Source of the DNA: Bryobacterales bacterium
Lineage (GTDB): Bacteria; Acidobacteriota; Terriglobia; Bryobacterales; UBA6623
Assembly: GCA_963422375.2 (NCBI GenBank)
Contig: OY729427.2
Span: 768,001-832,000, forward strand
Direction: 5' to 3'
Length of the DNA stretch: 64,000 bases
In this document: positions 28,650 through 38,881 of the stretch, one piece after another
Position numbering within the stretch: the first letter of the stretch is position 1
Layout: each line of letters opens with the position of its first letter
Made by a program: the position numbers and the translations under genes
Notes under the pieces: generated by a model
Seen by the model: only the letters and a program-made list of their open reading frames with translations
Told to the model about the DNA's origin: nothing
Databases searched by the model: none

Positions 28650-30330
28650 AGGCGAGCTCGAAGAGCGCGGGCTCTGCCTGCACGTCCCGGGCTGCGTCGA
28701 CTGCAAGGCCAGGCTGGTCGACGTGCAGGAGACCTACGTCCACGCCGCGGCTGCGATCCGCTCGCATGCGCAGTCGCTGCCGGAGCAGCCGGCCCAGATG
28801 CAGAGGCTGCGCGAGCGCCTCGCGGTCGAGTCGGCCCTGCTATCCGCCCACCTTTCCACCGAAGACCTGCTGCTCTCGCTCGAAGGCGGGCTCTCCGACG
28901 CAGGGCTGGCGCACCACGCGGTGTGCGTCGCCTGCCAGGACCGGGCAGCCGACATCCACGTGAAGCTGGCCGAGATCGAAGTGGAGATCCACAGGCAGTT
29001 CGCCACCGAAGTGCCATCCGAGCGTCGGGCAGCCGCCCTGGCTGCGCTTCGGGTGCGACTCGCGGCCGAGGTCGAGCGACGCGCCGTCGCGACTTCGCCG
29101 GTACCGCGCTGGCGGCCCCGGTTCAGCCTGCCTAGGCTCGTCCCGCTTCGCACGCCCGCGTTCGCCTCGTACGCGGGCGCGCTCGCGATGACTTGCCTGG
29201 CCGCTTGGCTAGGCTTCTCCCTGTCGGTCAGCAGCGTGGTCCCCGCGCCCGAGTCCATCGCGCGGCTGGAAGCGCCCCAGGCGCCCGCAATTGCTCGCAC
29301 GCTGCCAGCCGCTGCCGCGCCCGCGGCGCAGGCGCCGCGACGCTTCAAGGGAGTGCGGCCGGCCGTCCTGTCCGCTCCGCCCGCGCCGGCACCGATCTCG
29401 GGGGACGCGCCCCCGGACCTCGTTCCGGCCGTCGGCCAACCTTATCTGCTGGCGCTCGACCTGCAGAACGTGACGCCCCGCCCGCATCGGCCGCCTGCCT
29501 GGCCCGAGCCCGCGAGCGTCCCGGTCTCCACCCAGCCCGCAGACTCGCTCGATTCGGTCGTGGAAGGCACCTGGAGACTCGCCCGGACGGGCTACTGGAA
29601 GATGGGCCTGCGCGCCGGCGGCGCCGGCGGCACCATCCGCTTCAGCGGGCCGGTCGCCACGGAGAGCGAACGCCTAGCCGCCGAGAAGGCGCTGCTGGCA
29701 GTCGCCGACGGCTGGCCCGTCGAATTCGCCTTTTCGGTGCAGCGTCCGGCAGCGGCCCCGGACGACACCTGGGCGGTCCCCGCGCTCGGCCGGGGACGCC
29801 AGGCCGGCGGCTTGGTCCGCAACTCCCTCCTGGAGCACTACGCCGACGCGGCGCGACGCTCGTTCGTGCAGGTCGGCCCGGGGCTGCTCGAGAACGAACT
29901 GGACCGCTACGTTAGCGGCGTGCTTCGGCACGACGGGGAGCTGCTCTCCCACGCTCACGCGCTCCGCGAGCTGCTGAGCCGGCCCGGCATCGAAGGAATG
30001 CAGCGCACCGATGCGTTCCGCCAGGTGGTGCGCTTCCACCTAGACGGTATTTCGAGGCACGAAAAGGGCATCTACGACCGGCTCAGCGAAGCGCTGCCCA
30101 GGCGCTACTGGGCGTATAGCAGCGGGAATCCGGTCACCCCGGAGATGGCCAGCCTAGGCTCCGCCGGCTCGGCACTGGTCAGGGACTGCCTCGCGCTGGA
30201 CCGCGCCCTGAACGGGTTGCTGCTCGGCGGCAGTGAGTCCTTGGACGCCGGGGAGAGCAATCTCTCCAGCGCGAGCCTGCTGGCTCGCGTGCGCCAGCAC
30301 GCACGCCGGCTCAGAGCGGCAGTTCGCTAG
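28609..30330 (+). CDS. Putative membrane anti-sigma factor with two tandem ZAS (zf-HC2-like) motifs
   Basis: HLTTEELL...HVPGCVDC and HLSTEDLL...HHAVCVAC, one TM helix, Pro/Ala linker, extracytoplasmic C-domain; overlaps the sigma gene. Confidence 0.75.
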   Translation: MRHLTTEELLLYAEGELEERGLCLHVPGCVDCKARLVDVQETYVHAAAAIRSHAQSLPEQPAQMQRLRERLAVESALLSAHLSTEDLLLSLEGGLSDAGLAHHAVCVACQDRAADIHVKLAEIEVEIHRQFATEVPSERRAAALAALRVRLAAEVERRAVATSPVPRWRPRFSLPRLVPLRTPAFASYAGALAMTCLAAWLGFSLSVSSVVPAPESIARLEAPQAPAIARTLPAAAAPAAQAPRRFKGVRPAVLSAPPAPAPISGDAPPDLVPAVGQPYLLALDLQNVTPRPHRPPAWPEPASVPVSTQPADSLDSVVEGTWRLARTGYWKMGLRAGGAGGTIRFSGPVATESERLAAEKALLAVADGWPVEFAFSVQRPAAAPDDTWAVPALGRGRQAGGLVRNSLLEHYADAARRSFVQVGPGLLENELDRYVSGVLRHDGELLSHAHALRELLSRPGIEGMQRTDAFRQVVRFHLDGISRHEKGIYDRLSEALPRRYWAYSSGNPVTPEMASLGSAGSALVRDCLALDRALNGLLLGGSESLDAGESNLSSASLLARVRQHARRLRAAVR

Positions 30331-30608
30331 CGGCTTCTGAACGCGTCGAACGCAGTTCTTGACATGTTCCGCAGCCGCACGACAGCGAGCCACAGGTGCC
30401 TCGCCCTAGAGCCAGTGGCAGCGTAAGTCGCATTTCGACAGCGCAGCTTCTGCCGCCAGCCGGAACACGCCCGTATGGACCTCGTCTCTGTGCGGCCGTG
30501 CCGGCTGTACAAGCGGTACAACTAGCCGCGGGAAGAGCGCGAGACCGCATGGGCGGATCAGCCGGAGTCCGCAATGACGATTGGCGCGCTGAGTAGACTG
30601 AGAGTACC

Positions 30609-33600
30609 GTGCGCTACGCGCTCCAGTGTGGCTGCGTAGCAACGCTGCTGTCAGCGGCCCTCGTCGGCGCGCCCGCCGCGCAAGCGCACGAGGTGTCCGG
30701 TCGCGTGCTGGACGAGCGCCAGGAATTCCTGGCAGGGGTCGAAGTCCAGCTGATCAATCTCGCCAGCGCGGAAGTGCTGCGCCGCAGCTCGGGGCGGGAC
30801 GGCACCTTCCGGTTCGCGAACGTCCTTTCCGGGAAGTACTCGCTGGCGCTCCTCCACGCACGCTACACGGCCTGGCGCAGCGCGCCATTCGAGGTGCTGC
30901 CGGGGATTCCCGTCGCGTTTCCCCCGATCTCAATGCGCCCCATGCAGCGGGCCCTGACGCGGCCCCGGTCCGGGCTGGAAGAGATGGCCGTCGAGTACGG
31001 TTTGGCCCGCGAGCAGATCGAGACGCTGCCCGTGGTCATCGGCTCGGACGGGCGGACGGCGGTGGACAAGCTGCTCCACCTGGTGCCGGGGCTGACCTCG
31101 GTCAAGGCGCTGGACGTCGACCCGTTCACCGGCCGCGCGGGAGCGGTCTCCGCCAACGGCTCGCGGAGCTCGTTCATCAACTACAAGCTCGACGGAGCCT
31201 CGAACAACGCCCAGAACCGCATCACCGGGGCGCAGGCCGCGACCCTCGGGCCCGTCCCGGAAGCGATCGAGTCGCTGCAAGTGATCACCCACACCTACTC
31301 GGCCAGCGAGGGACGCAACGCGGGGGCGGTCGTGTCCCCGCAGTTCCGCTCCGGCGGGGGCCAGTGGCACGGGGAGGCGCGCGGGTACATGCGCCCGGCG
31401 TGGAACCAGTCCTTCGGCGCCTTCGACGGCTCCCGCGACCGCGTGGCCGGCTGGGCCGGGGGGGCCCAGGCGGGCGGGCCTCTGTGGCCCCGCGCCAAGC
31501 TTTACGCGTTCGCCGACGCCGAGGCCTGGATCACGCGCCGCCGCCACGAATCCCTCCGGCGGGTGCTTAGCGACAACGAGCGGTCGGGTAACTTCTTCGG
31601 ATTCGACAGGTCCCCGACGGACCCCCTCGGCGGGCGGGAATTCCCAAACGGGCGGATCCCGGCGCACCGGCTCGACCCGCTCATGCAGAGCTATCTCGAC
31701 GCGCTCGTCCCGCGAGCGAACCTAGCGGGAGGCTGGCTGCAATTCCGGGAGAGGCTGACGAGCCACGGCCAGGTGGGCCTGGCGCGAATTGATCGCCGCT
31801 CCGAGGCGCTGTCCCACTACCTGAGCCACTACATCTACACCAACCGGGTGCAGGAACCGACGGTGGAAAAGTTCACGACCCCTCCGGGCACGGTAACGAA
31901 GCGGCGCCAGGTCTCGAACCACTCGCAGTACATGGCCACCCACTCGCCGACACCTTGGTTCGTGCATTCGCTGCGACTGGCCATGCAGCGCCTGTCGAGC
32001 GAGCAGCGCAGCGGCCATCGCTCATTCGGCGCCATGCCCGCAGAGGGATTCGGATTCGACTACGCGGGCTTGGATCCGGGGACGATTCCCAACGTGCGCC
32101 TCTGGAACGACATCGGCCAGCTGCAGCTCCACGTCGCGCCCTTCATCAATTCCGAGAGATCCGTCCAGACCACGCTCCAGCTGTTCTACCACCAGGAGCT
32201 GCAGGTGCGCCGGCACGCCGTGCGCGCGGGCCTGTTCGCCCAGCAGGGCTCGTGGCCGTTCGCGAACACGGAGAATCACGCCGGCAGCTTCAGCTTCCCG
32301 CTGCCGCCGGCACCCCCGTCCAGGTTTCGCGGCCAAGGCCTGCGGGACCTGCTGCTGGGCCGCCCGAGCGAGTACCGGCTGCAGACCGAGCGCAGCCTTC
32401 AGCTGCAATGGCAGGAGTTCGCCGCGTACACCGAGGCGGAGGTCCGACCGTGGCGCACGTTCAAGGTCACGGTGGGGCTGCGCTACGAGCGGCAGCCACC
32501 CGGCACGGACCGGCAGGACCGCCTCATGACCTTCCGCGAGGGGACGCAAAGCCTGAGGTTCCCCGACTCGCTGCCCAACCTGCTCTTCCCCGGCGACACG
32601 GATCCGGAAGGCAGCCTCGTGCCGCGTTCGACGATCCTCTCCCGCGGGCGGAACTTCTCGCCGCGCATCGGCGTCGCGTTCTCCCCGTCCCGGACAGGCA
32701 GGGCCTCTCGATGGGTGCTCGGCGAGTCGGGCCGGTCGGTCTTCCGAGCGGCCTACGGCGTTTTCTTCGATCACGGCACGTTTGCTGGGTCGAGCGCGGC
32801 CGCGCTGTTCCAAGCCACCTACCCTCCGTTCAGTGTCGATAACCGCTTCGTCCTACGCAACCCGGCGGGAGCCTTCCAAGCCCCCATCCGGGCGCTGCCG
32901 ACGCGCGAGCCGTCCACGTTCCGTCCCTCCGTGGTGCGCTACCCCATTCTGGTGTTCGACCCGCACTTCGAGAACGCGCGGGCCGAGCACTGGAACGCCA
33001 GCTGGCAGCGGCTGCTGCCGGGCCGGGTGTTCCTCACGGCAAGCTACCTAGGAACCCGCTCCACCCGCCTCCAGCAGCAGCGCGAGCTGAACGTCTTCGT
33101 GCGCCATCCGCTGCGCAGCTTCGGCTTCGCCCGCAAGATGCGCAGGTTCCCGCGTTTCGGCAACATCCGCTCGTTCGAGAGCACGGGCCGGTCCCATTAC
33201 GAATCCGTCCAGCTGAGGGCCAACCGCTACCTGCATCGCGGCCTGGCGCTCGACATCGGCTACAACTGGAGCCGGTCGCTCGACGACGGCAGCACGGTCT
33301 TCGGGAACGAGCTAGTCGGCGAGGCATGGACCTACTCGAGCTTCGACCGCCGCCACTCTCTGACCGCGGTGTGGCACTACCGGCTGCGCCTGCCGCGCCG
33401 CTGGACAGACCGGCACCGCTGGACAGACCGGTGGACCGTGAGCGGCGTGTGGCGGTGGCGTTCCGGCCTGCCGCTGGACGTGCGGCAGACCTACGACCCG
33501 ACCTACACCTTCCAGCAGGTCGGACGGCCCGACCGGGTCGGCCCCTACCTCAGGCTGGACCCGGGCACCATGCGGACGTTCGAGATGCCGAGCGGCCGGC

Positions 33601-33917
33601 TGCTGCCGGCGCGCTTCGCTTTCGATCCCCGGGCCTTCCGCCCAGTGCGGCCGAGCAGCTTCCACGAGGTGCGCCAAGGCACCTCAAGGCGCAACGAGTA
33701 CCGGGTCGCCGGCTTCCAGCAGTGGGACTTCCGCATCGCGCGGGGCGTGGAGGTCGGCGAGCTCGCCTCGATGGAGATCGGGTTCGACGTGCTCAACGCG
33801 TTCGGCACGCGCAACTGGGCCGCGCCGTTCAGCAACATCGACCACGTGTACTTCGGGGTCACCCGGATGGCCGGCCTGGGTCGGACAGTGCAGGGAGCGG
33901 TGCGCCTGCGCTTCTAG
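30609..33917 (+). CDS. TonB-dependent receptor-like outer-membrane protein with carboxypeptidase regulatory-like N-domain
   Basis: Signal peptide, VSGRVLD..G.FRF, NYKLDGASNN, NFSPRIGVAFSP, C-terminal RTVQGAVRLRF. Confidence 0.9.
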   Translation: MRYALQCGCVATLLSAALVGAPAAQAHEVSGRVLDERQEFLAGVEVQLINLASAEVLRRSSGRDGTFRFANVLSGKYSLALLHARYTAWRSAPFEVLPGIPVAFPPISMRPMQRALTRPRSGLEEMAVEYGLAREQIETLPVVIGSDGRTAVDKLLHLVPGLTSVKALDVDPFTGRAGAVSANGSRSSFINYKLDGASNNAQNRITGAQAATLGPVPEAIESLQVITHTYSASEGRNAGAVVSPQFRSGGGQWHGEARGYMRPAWNQSFGAFDGSRDRVAGWAGGAQAGGPLWPRAKLYAFADAEAWITRRRHESLRRVLSDNERSGNFFGFDRSPTDPLGGREFPNGRIPAHRLDPLMQSYLDALVPRANLAGGWLQFRERLTSHGQVGLARIDRRSEALSHYLSHYIYTNRVQEPTVEKFTTPPGTVTKRRQVSNHSQYMATHSPTPWFVHSLRLAMQRLSSEQRSGHRSFGAMPAEGFGFDYAGLDPGTIPNVRLWNDIGQLQLHVAPFINSERSVQTTLQLFYHQELQVRRHAVRAGLFAQQGSWPFANTENHAGSFSFPLPPAPPSRFRGQGLRDLLLGRPSEYRLQTERSLQLQWQEFAAYTEAEVRPWRTFKVTVGLRYERQPPGTDRQDRLMTFREGTQSLRFPDSLPNLLFPGDTDPEGSLVPRSTILSRGRNFSPRIGVAFSPSRTGRASRWVLGESGRSVFRAAYGVFFDHGTFAGSSAAALFQATYPPFSVDNRFVLRNPAGAFQAPIRALPTREPSTFRPSVVRYPILVFDPHFENARAEHWNASWQRLLPGRVFLTASYLGTRSTRLQQQRELNVFVRHPLRSFGFARKMRRFPRFGNIRSFESTGRSHYESVQLRANRYLHRGLALDIGYNWSRSLDDGSTVFGNELVGEAWTYSSFDRRHSLTAVWHYRLRLPRRWTDRHRWTDRWTVSGVWRWRSGLPLDVRQTYDPTYTFQQVGRPDRVGPYLRLDPGTMRTFEMPSGRLLPARFAFDPRAFRPVRPSSFHEVRQGTSRRNEYRVAGFQQWDFRIARGVEVGELASMEIGFDVLNAFGTRNWAAPFSNIDHVYFGVTRMAGLGRTVQGAVRLRF
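33398..33431 (+). repeat. Short in-frame tandem duplication (CCGCTGGACAGACCGG x2, period 18)
   Basis: Copies at 33398-33413 and 33416-33431 encode RWTDRHRWTDR. Confidence 0.7.
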
Positions 33918-34057
33918 GCGCTCCGCTCGCGAGCCCGCCGTAGCGGAGCCGGCCCCGAGCCGTGCCAAGCCTTCAGCCGAGGGCGACGCGACGGGGATCG
34001 AGCCGACTGCCCGGGAGCCGTCGACGGCGGTCGGCGCGAGCGGGCCTCGGGATCTAT

Positions 34058-34963
34058 TCAGGCCACTGCCGTGACAGCCTCGTGCCGGAGCAGACCCAAG
34101 CCGTCCAGCACGCGCTCGACGATCGCGCAGCTGGCGGGCGACGGGCGAGTCATCGGCAGGCGGTAGCGCGCCTGGTCCAGCAGGCCCATCCGCTCCAGAG
34201 CGACCTTGACCGGACCGGGGCTGGTCTCGCAGAAGTTGGCATCCATCAGATCGAGGCAAAGGCGGTGGATGGCCCGCGCGCCCGCGAAGTCGCCTGCCAG
34301 CGCCAGGTCGCACAAGCGGGCCATGTCGCCGGGAATCTCGTTCGAGACGACGGAGATCACCCCGTCGCCCCCCAAGGCTATCAGCGGCAGGGTGATCGAA
34401 TCGTCCCCGGAGAGCACCGAGAAGCCGTCCGGGACGGACTGGCAAATCCGGCCCATCTGCCCGATGTCGCCGGACGCCTCCTTGACGGCAACTATGCTCG
34501 GAATGTCAGCCAGCCGGGCCAGCAGGTCCGGCTTGACGTTGCAGCACGTCCGGCCGGGCACGTTGTAGACCACGACCGGCAGATCGGTCGCGTCCGCCAG
34601 GGCAGCGTAATGCCGGTAGAGCCCCGCCGGCGTGGGCTTGTTGTAGTACGGGGTGACGGACAGCAGCCCTTGGACGCCGAGAGCACGGAGGCGCTTCGCC
34701 AGACCGACGATGCCGGCGGTGTCGTAGCCGCCGCAGCCGGCCACGACGGGCACGCTTCCGCGTGCCTCGTCGAGCGTGACCTCGACCAGCCGGAGGTGCT
34801 CCGCCTGGGACAGCGTGGGGCTCTCGCCGGTGGTTCCGCCGGGAACGAGGAAATGAACGCCGGCCTCGACCTGGCGGCGGACGAGCCGACGCAAGGTCGG
34901 CTCGTCCAGCGAGCCGTCCGCGGCGAAGGGAGTGATCAGGGCAGTGCCGCATCCCTTGAACAT
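34058..34963 (-). CDS. dapA: 4-hydroxy-tetrahydrodipicolinate synthase
   Basis: TALITPF, GTTGESPTL, TPYYNKP, YNVPGRT, KEASG, SGDD. Confidence 0.96.
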   Translation of the reverse strand: MFKGCGTALITPFAADGSLDEPTLRRLVRRQVEAGVHFLVPGGTTGESPTLSQAEHLRLVEVTLDEARGSVPVVAGCGGYDTAGIVGLAKRLRALGVQGLLSVTPYYNKPTPAGLYRHYAALADATDLPVVVYNVPGRTCCNVKPDLLARLADIPSIVAVKEASGDIGQMGRICQSVPDGFSVLSGDDSITLPLIALGGDGVISVVSNEIPGDMARLCDLALAGDFAGARAIHRLCLDLMDANFCETSPGPVKVALERMGLLDQARYRLPMTRPSPASCAIVERVLDGLGLLRHEAVTAVA

Positions 34964-35075
34964 CACGAGAGTCCAGTCGGCCCCCATTCTCGCATGCCGG
35001 GGCGTTCGCGTGAGGCGGCGCCCGGGCCGGCGTCCGGAGCGGACCCGCCTCCCGCGCGGCTGCTAGGATGCGGGC

Positions 35076-36236
35076 ATGCGCCGTTGGATTCCCGCTCTCC
35101 TGGCGGCGTCGCTGCTTACGGCGGCGCGGGCCGAGATCGACGCCGGCCACTCTTATCGCGGGCGCGCCGCGATCCTGCTGGCTAACGAGCGGATCCGGCT
35201 GGTCGTTCTCCGGAACGGCGGCTCGTTCGCGTCGATCACCCTGGCCGGCGACGCCGCGGGAACGAATCCCATGTGGGACTCCCTGCGGGCCGACCTCGAG
35301 CAGGGGCGCCCCGAGCGCGCGACCGGAGGGGTCGGGCACTTCGTCTGCGTGGACGGTTTCGGGCCGCCCTCCGACAGCGAGCGGGCCGCGGGCATGGAAG
35401 GCCACGGCGAAGCGCACCGCCTGCCGTGGTCGACTGAGTTCGCCGGAGAGCGGGACGGCGCGACCGTCCTGCGCCAGTCGGTTTCGCTGCCCCGCGTGCA
35501 GGAGGTGCTGCGCAGGGAGGTGCGCCTGCTGCACGCGGAGCAGGTAGTCTACGTTAAGTCCAACCTGACGAGCCTGCTCGACTTTGACCGCCCGGTCAAC
35601 TGGGCCGAGCACGCCACCATCGGGTCGCCGTTCCTGGAGCGAGGGGTCACCGTGGTGGACATGTCGCCGAACCGTGCCCTGACTCGACCCCGCGCAGAGG
35701 CGTCCCGCAGCGGGCTGGCGCACCGGCTGGCGAGCGAGCGCGAGTTCAAGTGGCCGCTGGCCCCGGCCCGCGAGGGAGGTCTGGTCGACTTGCGGGCGGC
35801 TCCGCTCGAGTCGCACTCCCTGGACCATACCGGCCACCGCATGGAGCCCGGAGCCGGATGGGCGTTCGTGACAGCCCTGCATCCCGAGAAGCGCCTGCTG
35901 CTCGGATACTTGTTCCGTCCGAGCGAGTTTCCGTGGCTGCAGACCTGGGAGTCCTACCCCCGCGACCGCATGCTGGCGAGGGGGCTGGAGTTCGCGACGC
36001 AGGCCTTTGACGTGCCCCGGCGGGAGGCCGTGAGGGCCGGGCGCCTGTTCGAGACGCCGCTGTACCGCTGGCTGCCGGCGCGGTCATCCATCGAATCCTC
36101 GTACCTGCTGTTCTGGACCAAGACGCCGGAGGGCTTCGCCGGAGTGGACGAGGCGGTCTGGGAGAACGGCACCCTCCGGATCGAGGACGGCCGGTCGGGC
36201 CTGAAGATCGAGCTCGCCGCCCGCGGCCGCCTCTGA
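35076..36236 (+). CDS. Secreted hypothetical protein, aldose-epimerase/galactose-mutarotase-like fold
   Basis: Signal peptide; HGEAH.LPW, WAEHATIG.PFL, FPWLQTW, RGLEF motifs. Confidence 0.6.
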   Translation: MRRWIPALLAASLLTAARAEIDAGHSYRGRAAILLANERIRLVVLRNGGSFASITLAGDAAGTNPMWDSLRADLEQGRPERATGGVGHFVCVDGFGPPSDSERAAGMEGHGEAHRLPWSTEFAGERDGATVLRQSVSLPRVQEVLRREVRLLHAEQVVYVKSNLTSLLDFDRPVNWAEHATIGSPFLERGVTVVDMSPNRALTRPRAEASRSGLAHRLASEREFKWPLAPAREGGLVDLRAAPLESHSLDHTGHRMEPGAGWAFVTALHPEKRLLLGYLFRPSEFPWLQTWESYPRDRMLARGLEFATQAFDVPRREAVRAGRLFETPLYRWLPARSSIESSYLLFWTKTPEGFAGVDEAVWENGTLRIEDGRSGLKIELAARGRL

Positions 36237-36257
36237 GAGGGAAGGCGGCCAGCCCGC

Positions 36258-36497
36258 ATGATTGACTACGCCTGCAAGGCCTGCGGGGCGAGCCTGCTCG
36301 TGCGGGTGCCGTTCAAGGGGAGGCTGATCTGGGCCATCGACCGGGAGAACCCCGAATTCAGCTCGCGATTCCCCGAACCGCGCGGCGAGTACGGAACGGC
36401 CAAGGTGGTCTGCTCGGCGGACCCGCTGCACAGCACGGGCTTCGATCTCATCGACGGATCCGTCGAGAGGGACCTAGCCTCCAAGGCCTGGGACTGA
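36258..36497 (+). CDS. Small hypothetical, putative zinc-binding protein
   Basis: CKAC...CSADPLH; strong codon bias; follows the upstream gene after an AGGGAAGG RBS. Confidence 0.65.
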   Translation: MIDYACKACGASLLVRVPFKGRLIWAIDRENPEFSSRFPEPRGEYGTAKVVCSADPLHSTGFDLIDGSVERDLASKAWD

Positions 36498-36531
36498 GGC
36501 TCCGGGGCGGCCGGAATCCCGGGCGGCTCCG

Positions 36532-38199
36532 TCAGTCGCCCGCGGCCATGACCTGCGCGGTGTCCCGGCGGAACCGGATCACCGCCTCCACCACCAGCCA
36601 CAGGCTCAGCACGAAGATCGAGGCGGCGACGCCCAGCAGGAGCAGTTGCCCGCCGTCCATGTACCTGCGAATGTCGAGCACCATCGCGATGATCGTTACC
36701 GACAGCATGAAGGCCATCGGAAGGAACGTGTAGACGTAGTTCCGGCCCTTCTGCCGCAGGTAGATGGACGCGGCCAGCAGCGTCAGCGCGCCAAGCACTT
36801 GATTCGTGCTGCCGAAGAGACTCCAGAGCGCCAGGCCGACAGGCTGGCCCTCGACCTCGTAGAAGGCGAAGAACCCGATCAGCGCCACGGCGAGCGCCGA
36901 GGCGACGTGCCGCTGGCCGAGGGCGGGAAGGGAGATCGACTGGGAAATCTCCTCGAGGTTGTAGCGGAGCAGCCGCGTGCCCGAGTCCAGCGAAGTCAGC
37001 GCGAACGAGACGGCCACGAGCGCGATGAAGGCCTGCGCGAGTTCCGTGGGGATGCCAAGCGACCCGAGGAACGTGGCCGTGCCGTCGATGAAGGCCTTCA
37101 TCTTCTCGGCCAGACCGTTGGCCGCGCCCCAGCTCGCGTAGTGCTCGGACCACGTCTCCGCGGAGCGGAAGCCGGCAGTGCAGGCGAGAACGGCCAGCAG
37201 GCCGAGCAGCGACTCTCCCACCATGCCGCCGTAGCCGATGGGCACGGCGTCCGTTTCCTTGTCAATCTGCTTCGATGTCGTCCCGGAAGACACCAAGCCG
37301 TGAAAGCCGGAGATCGCGCCACACGCAATCACGATGAATACGAACGGAAAGATCGGCGGCGCGTCCGCAGGCTGCGTGTCGATCACGGGCGCTGCGAACG
37401 ACGGGCCCAGGACGAAGAGCCCTGCGTACGACGCGGCGAGGCCTAGATAGAGCAGCCAGGAGTTCAGGTAGTCGCGAGGCTGCAGCAGCGACCACACGGG
37501 GAGGGTCGACGCCGCGAAGGCATACAGCAGCAGAATGACGATCCAGGATCCGCTGCCCAGGTCGGGCCTCCCGATACTCAGCCCGACCCCGATCGACGCG
37601 AGCATCAGCACGAAGCCGACGACGGTCAGGCGGACGATCGAGACTCCGCGCTTGTAGACGAGCCAGCCGATGACCATCGCGATGCCGATGAGCGCGAACG
37701 TCGGAAACACCGACTCGGGGTAGAACTCGGCCGTGAACAGCCCGGCCACCGTCCGGACGAAGACGCCCATAACCAGGCAGATGAGAAACAGGATGATCAG
37801 CAGGAAGATGCCCTTGGCGCGCCTGCCAATGAGATCCTCGGCGACCTTGCCGATGCTCATGCCGCGATGGCGCATCGACACCACCAAGGCGCTGAAGTCA
37901 TGCACCGCGCCGATGAACAGGGTGCCCAGCACCACCCACAGCAGGCCAGGCAGCCATCCCCAGATCACGGCAATCGCGGGGCCGAGCATGGGCGCCAGGC
38001 CGGCGATCGACGCGTAGTGGTGGCCGAACAGGACCATGCGCCGGCACGGCACGTAGTCGACGCCGTCGCGCATGGCGTGCGCCGGCGTGGGAGCGGCGGG
38101 ATCCAACTGGAAGATACGCGATCCCAGGTGACGCGCGTAGAAGCGGTAGACAAGCGCGTACGCGACGAAGCAGCACACGGCGACGAGAACAGGTTGCAT
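36532..38199 (-). CDS. cstA: Carbon starvation protein A family peptide/pyruvate transporter
   Basis: TPAH..RDGVDYVP, LFGHHYASIAG, LLQPRDY, ACGAISGFH, LTSLDSGTRL. Confidence 0.94.
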   Translation of the reverse strand: MQPVLVAVCCFVAYALVYRFYARHLGSRIFQLDPAAPTPAHAMRDGVDYVPCRRMVLFGHHYASIAGLAPMLGPAIAVIWGWLPGLLWVVLGTLFIGAVHDFSALVVSMRHRGMSIGKVAEDLIGRRAKGIFLLIILFLICLVMGVFVRTVAGLFTAEFYPESVFPTFALIGIAMVIGWLVYKRGVSIVRLTVVGFVLMLASIGVGLSIGRPDLGSGSWIVILLLYAFAASTLPVWSLLQPRDYLNSWLLYLGLAASYAGLFVLGPSFAAPVIDTQPADAPPIFPFVFIVIACGAISGFHGLVSSGTTSKQIDKETDAVPIGYGGMVGESLLGLLAVLACTAGFRSAETWSEHYASWGAANGLAEKMKAFIDGTATFLGSLGIPTELAQAFIALVAVSFALTSLDSGTRLLRYNLEEISQSISLPALGQRHVASALAVALIGFFAFYEVEGQPVGLALWSLFGSTNQVLGALTLLAASIYLRQKGRNYVYTFLPMAFMLSVTIIAMVLDIRRYMDGGQLLLLGVAASIFVLSLWLVVEAVIRFRRDTAQVMAAGD

Positions 38200-38384
38200 C
38201 CGATCGAAGGCCTCCTCGGGCGGGACCCTAGGTATGGTAGCGCCCGCCCGAAGCCCGGCAACCGCCGTTCCTCGGCCGACAGCGCCCCGTCCCCGGGAGA
38301 GCAATGCACGCCTTGGCGTTTCGCACCGTCTCGGCTGCAGCGGGCCTCGCCCGGGGACTTAGAATGAGAGACGGGCGACGCACC

Positions 38385-38846
38385 ATGCGACGGCGAAGGA
38401 ATCGCGGATTCTCTCTGATCGAACTGCTTATCGTGATCGCGATCATCCTGATCATCAGCGCTATCGCGATCCCCCGGGTCACCAGCACGAAGCGCATGGC
38501 CAACGAAGTCGCAGCCATCCGGTCCTGCCAAGCCGTCAACACCGCCCAGATCCAGTACTTCGCCCAGTTCGGGCGCTACGCGTCCACGCTGAACGAGCTC
38601 GGCCCCGCTCCCGGCGACGCCGGGCCGACCCCGGCCGCGGCGAACCTCCTTGACGAGAATCTCATCGACGGCATCCATCTCGGGTACGCGTTCTCCATGA
38701 TCGGCACGCCGGCGGGTTACTCGCTGAACGCGGACCCGCAGTCCACCGACTCCGGCAGCAGGACGTTCTATACCGATCACAGCACCACCGTGCGATACCG
38801 GTACGGGACCGATCCGGCGTCGGACACCGACCCTCCCATCGAATAG
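38385..38846 (+). CDS. Type IV pilin/pseudopilin with prepilin N-methylation motif
   Basis: RGFSLIELLIVIAIILIISAIAIP, ANE.AA, G.RTFYTD. Confidence 0.92.
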   Translation: MRRRRNRGFSLIELLIVIAIILIISAIAIPRVTSTKRMANEVAAIRSCQAVNTAQIQYFAQFGRYASTLNELGPAPGDAGPTPAAANLLDENLIDGIHLGYAFSMIGTPAGYSLNADPQSTDSGSRTFYTDHSTTVRYRYGTDPASDTDPPIE

Positions 38847-38881
38847 CGCGACGCGCGGCAGGGCACGGAAGCGACCAAGGG

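Noticed and set aside
33398..33431. Functional repeat array in the TonB receptor
   Set aside because: Only two copies, in frame; most simply a local duplication in a loop
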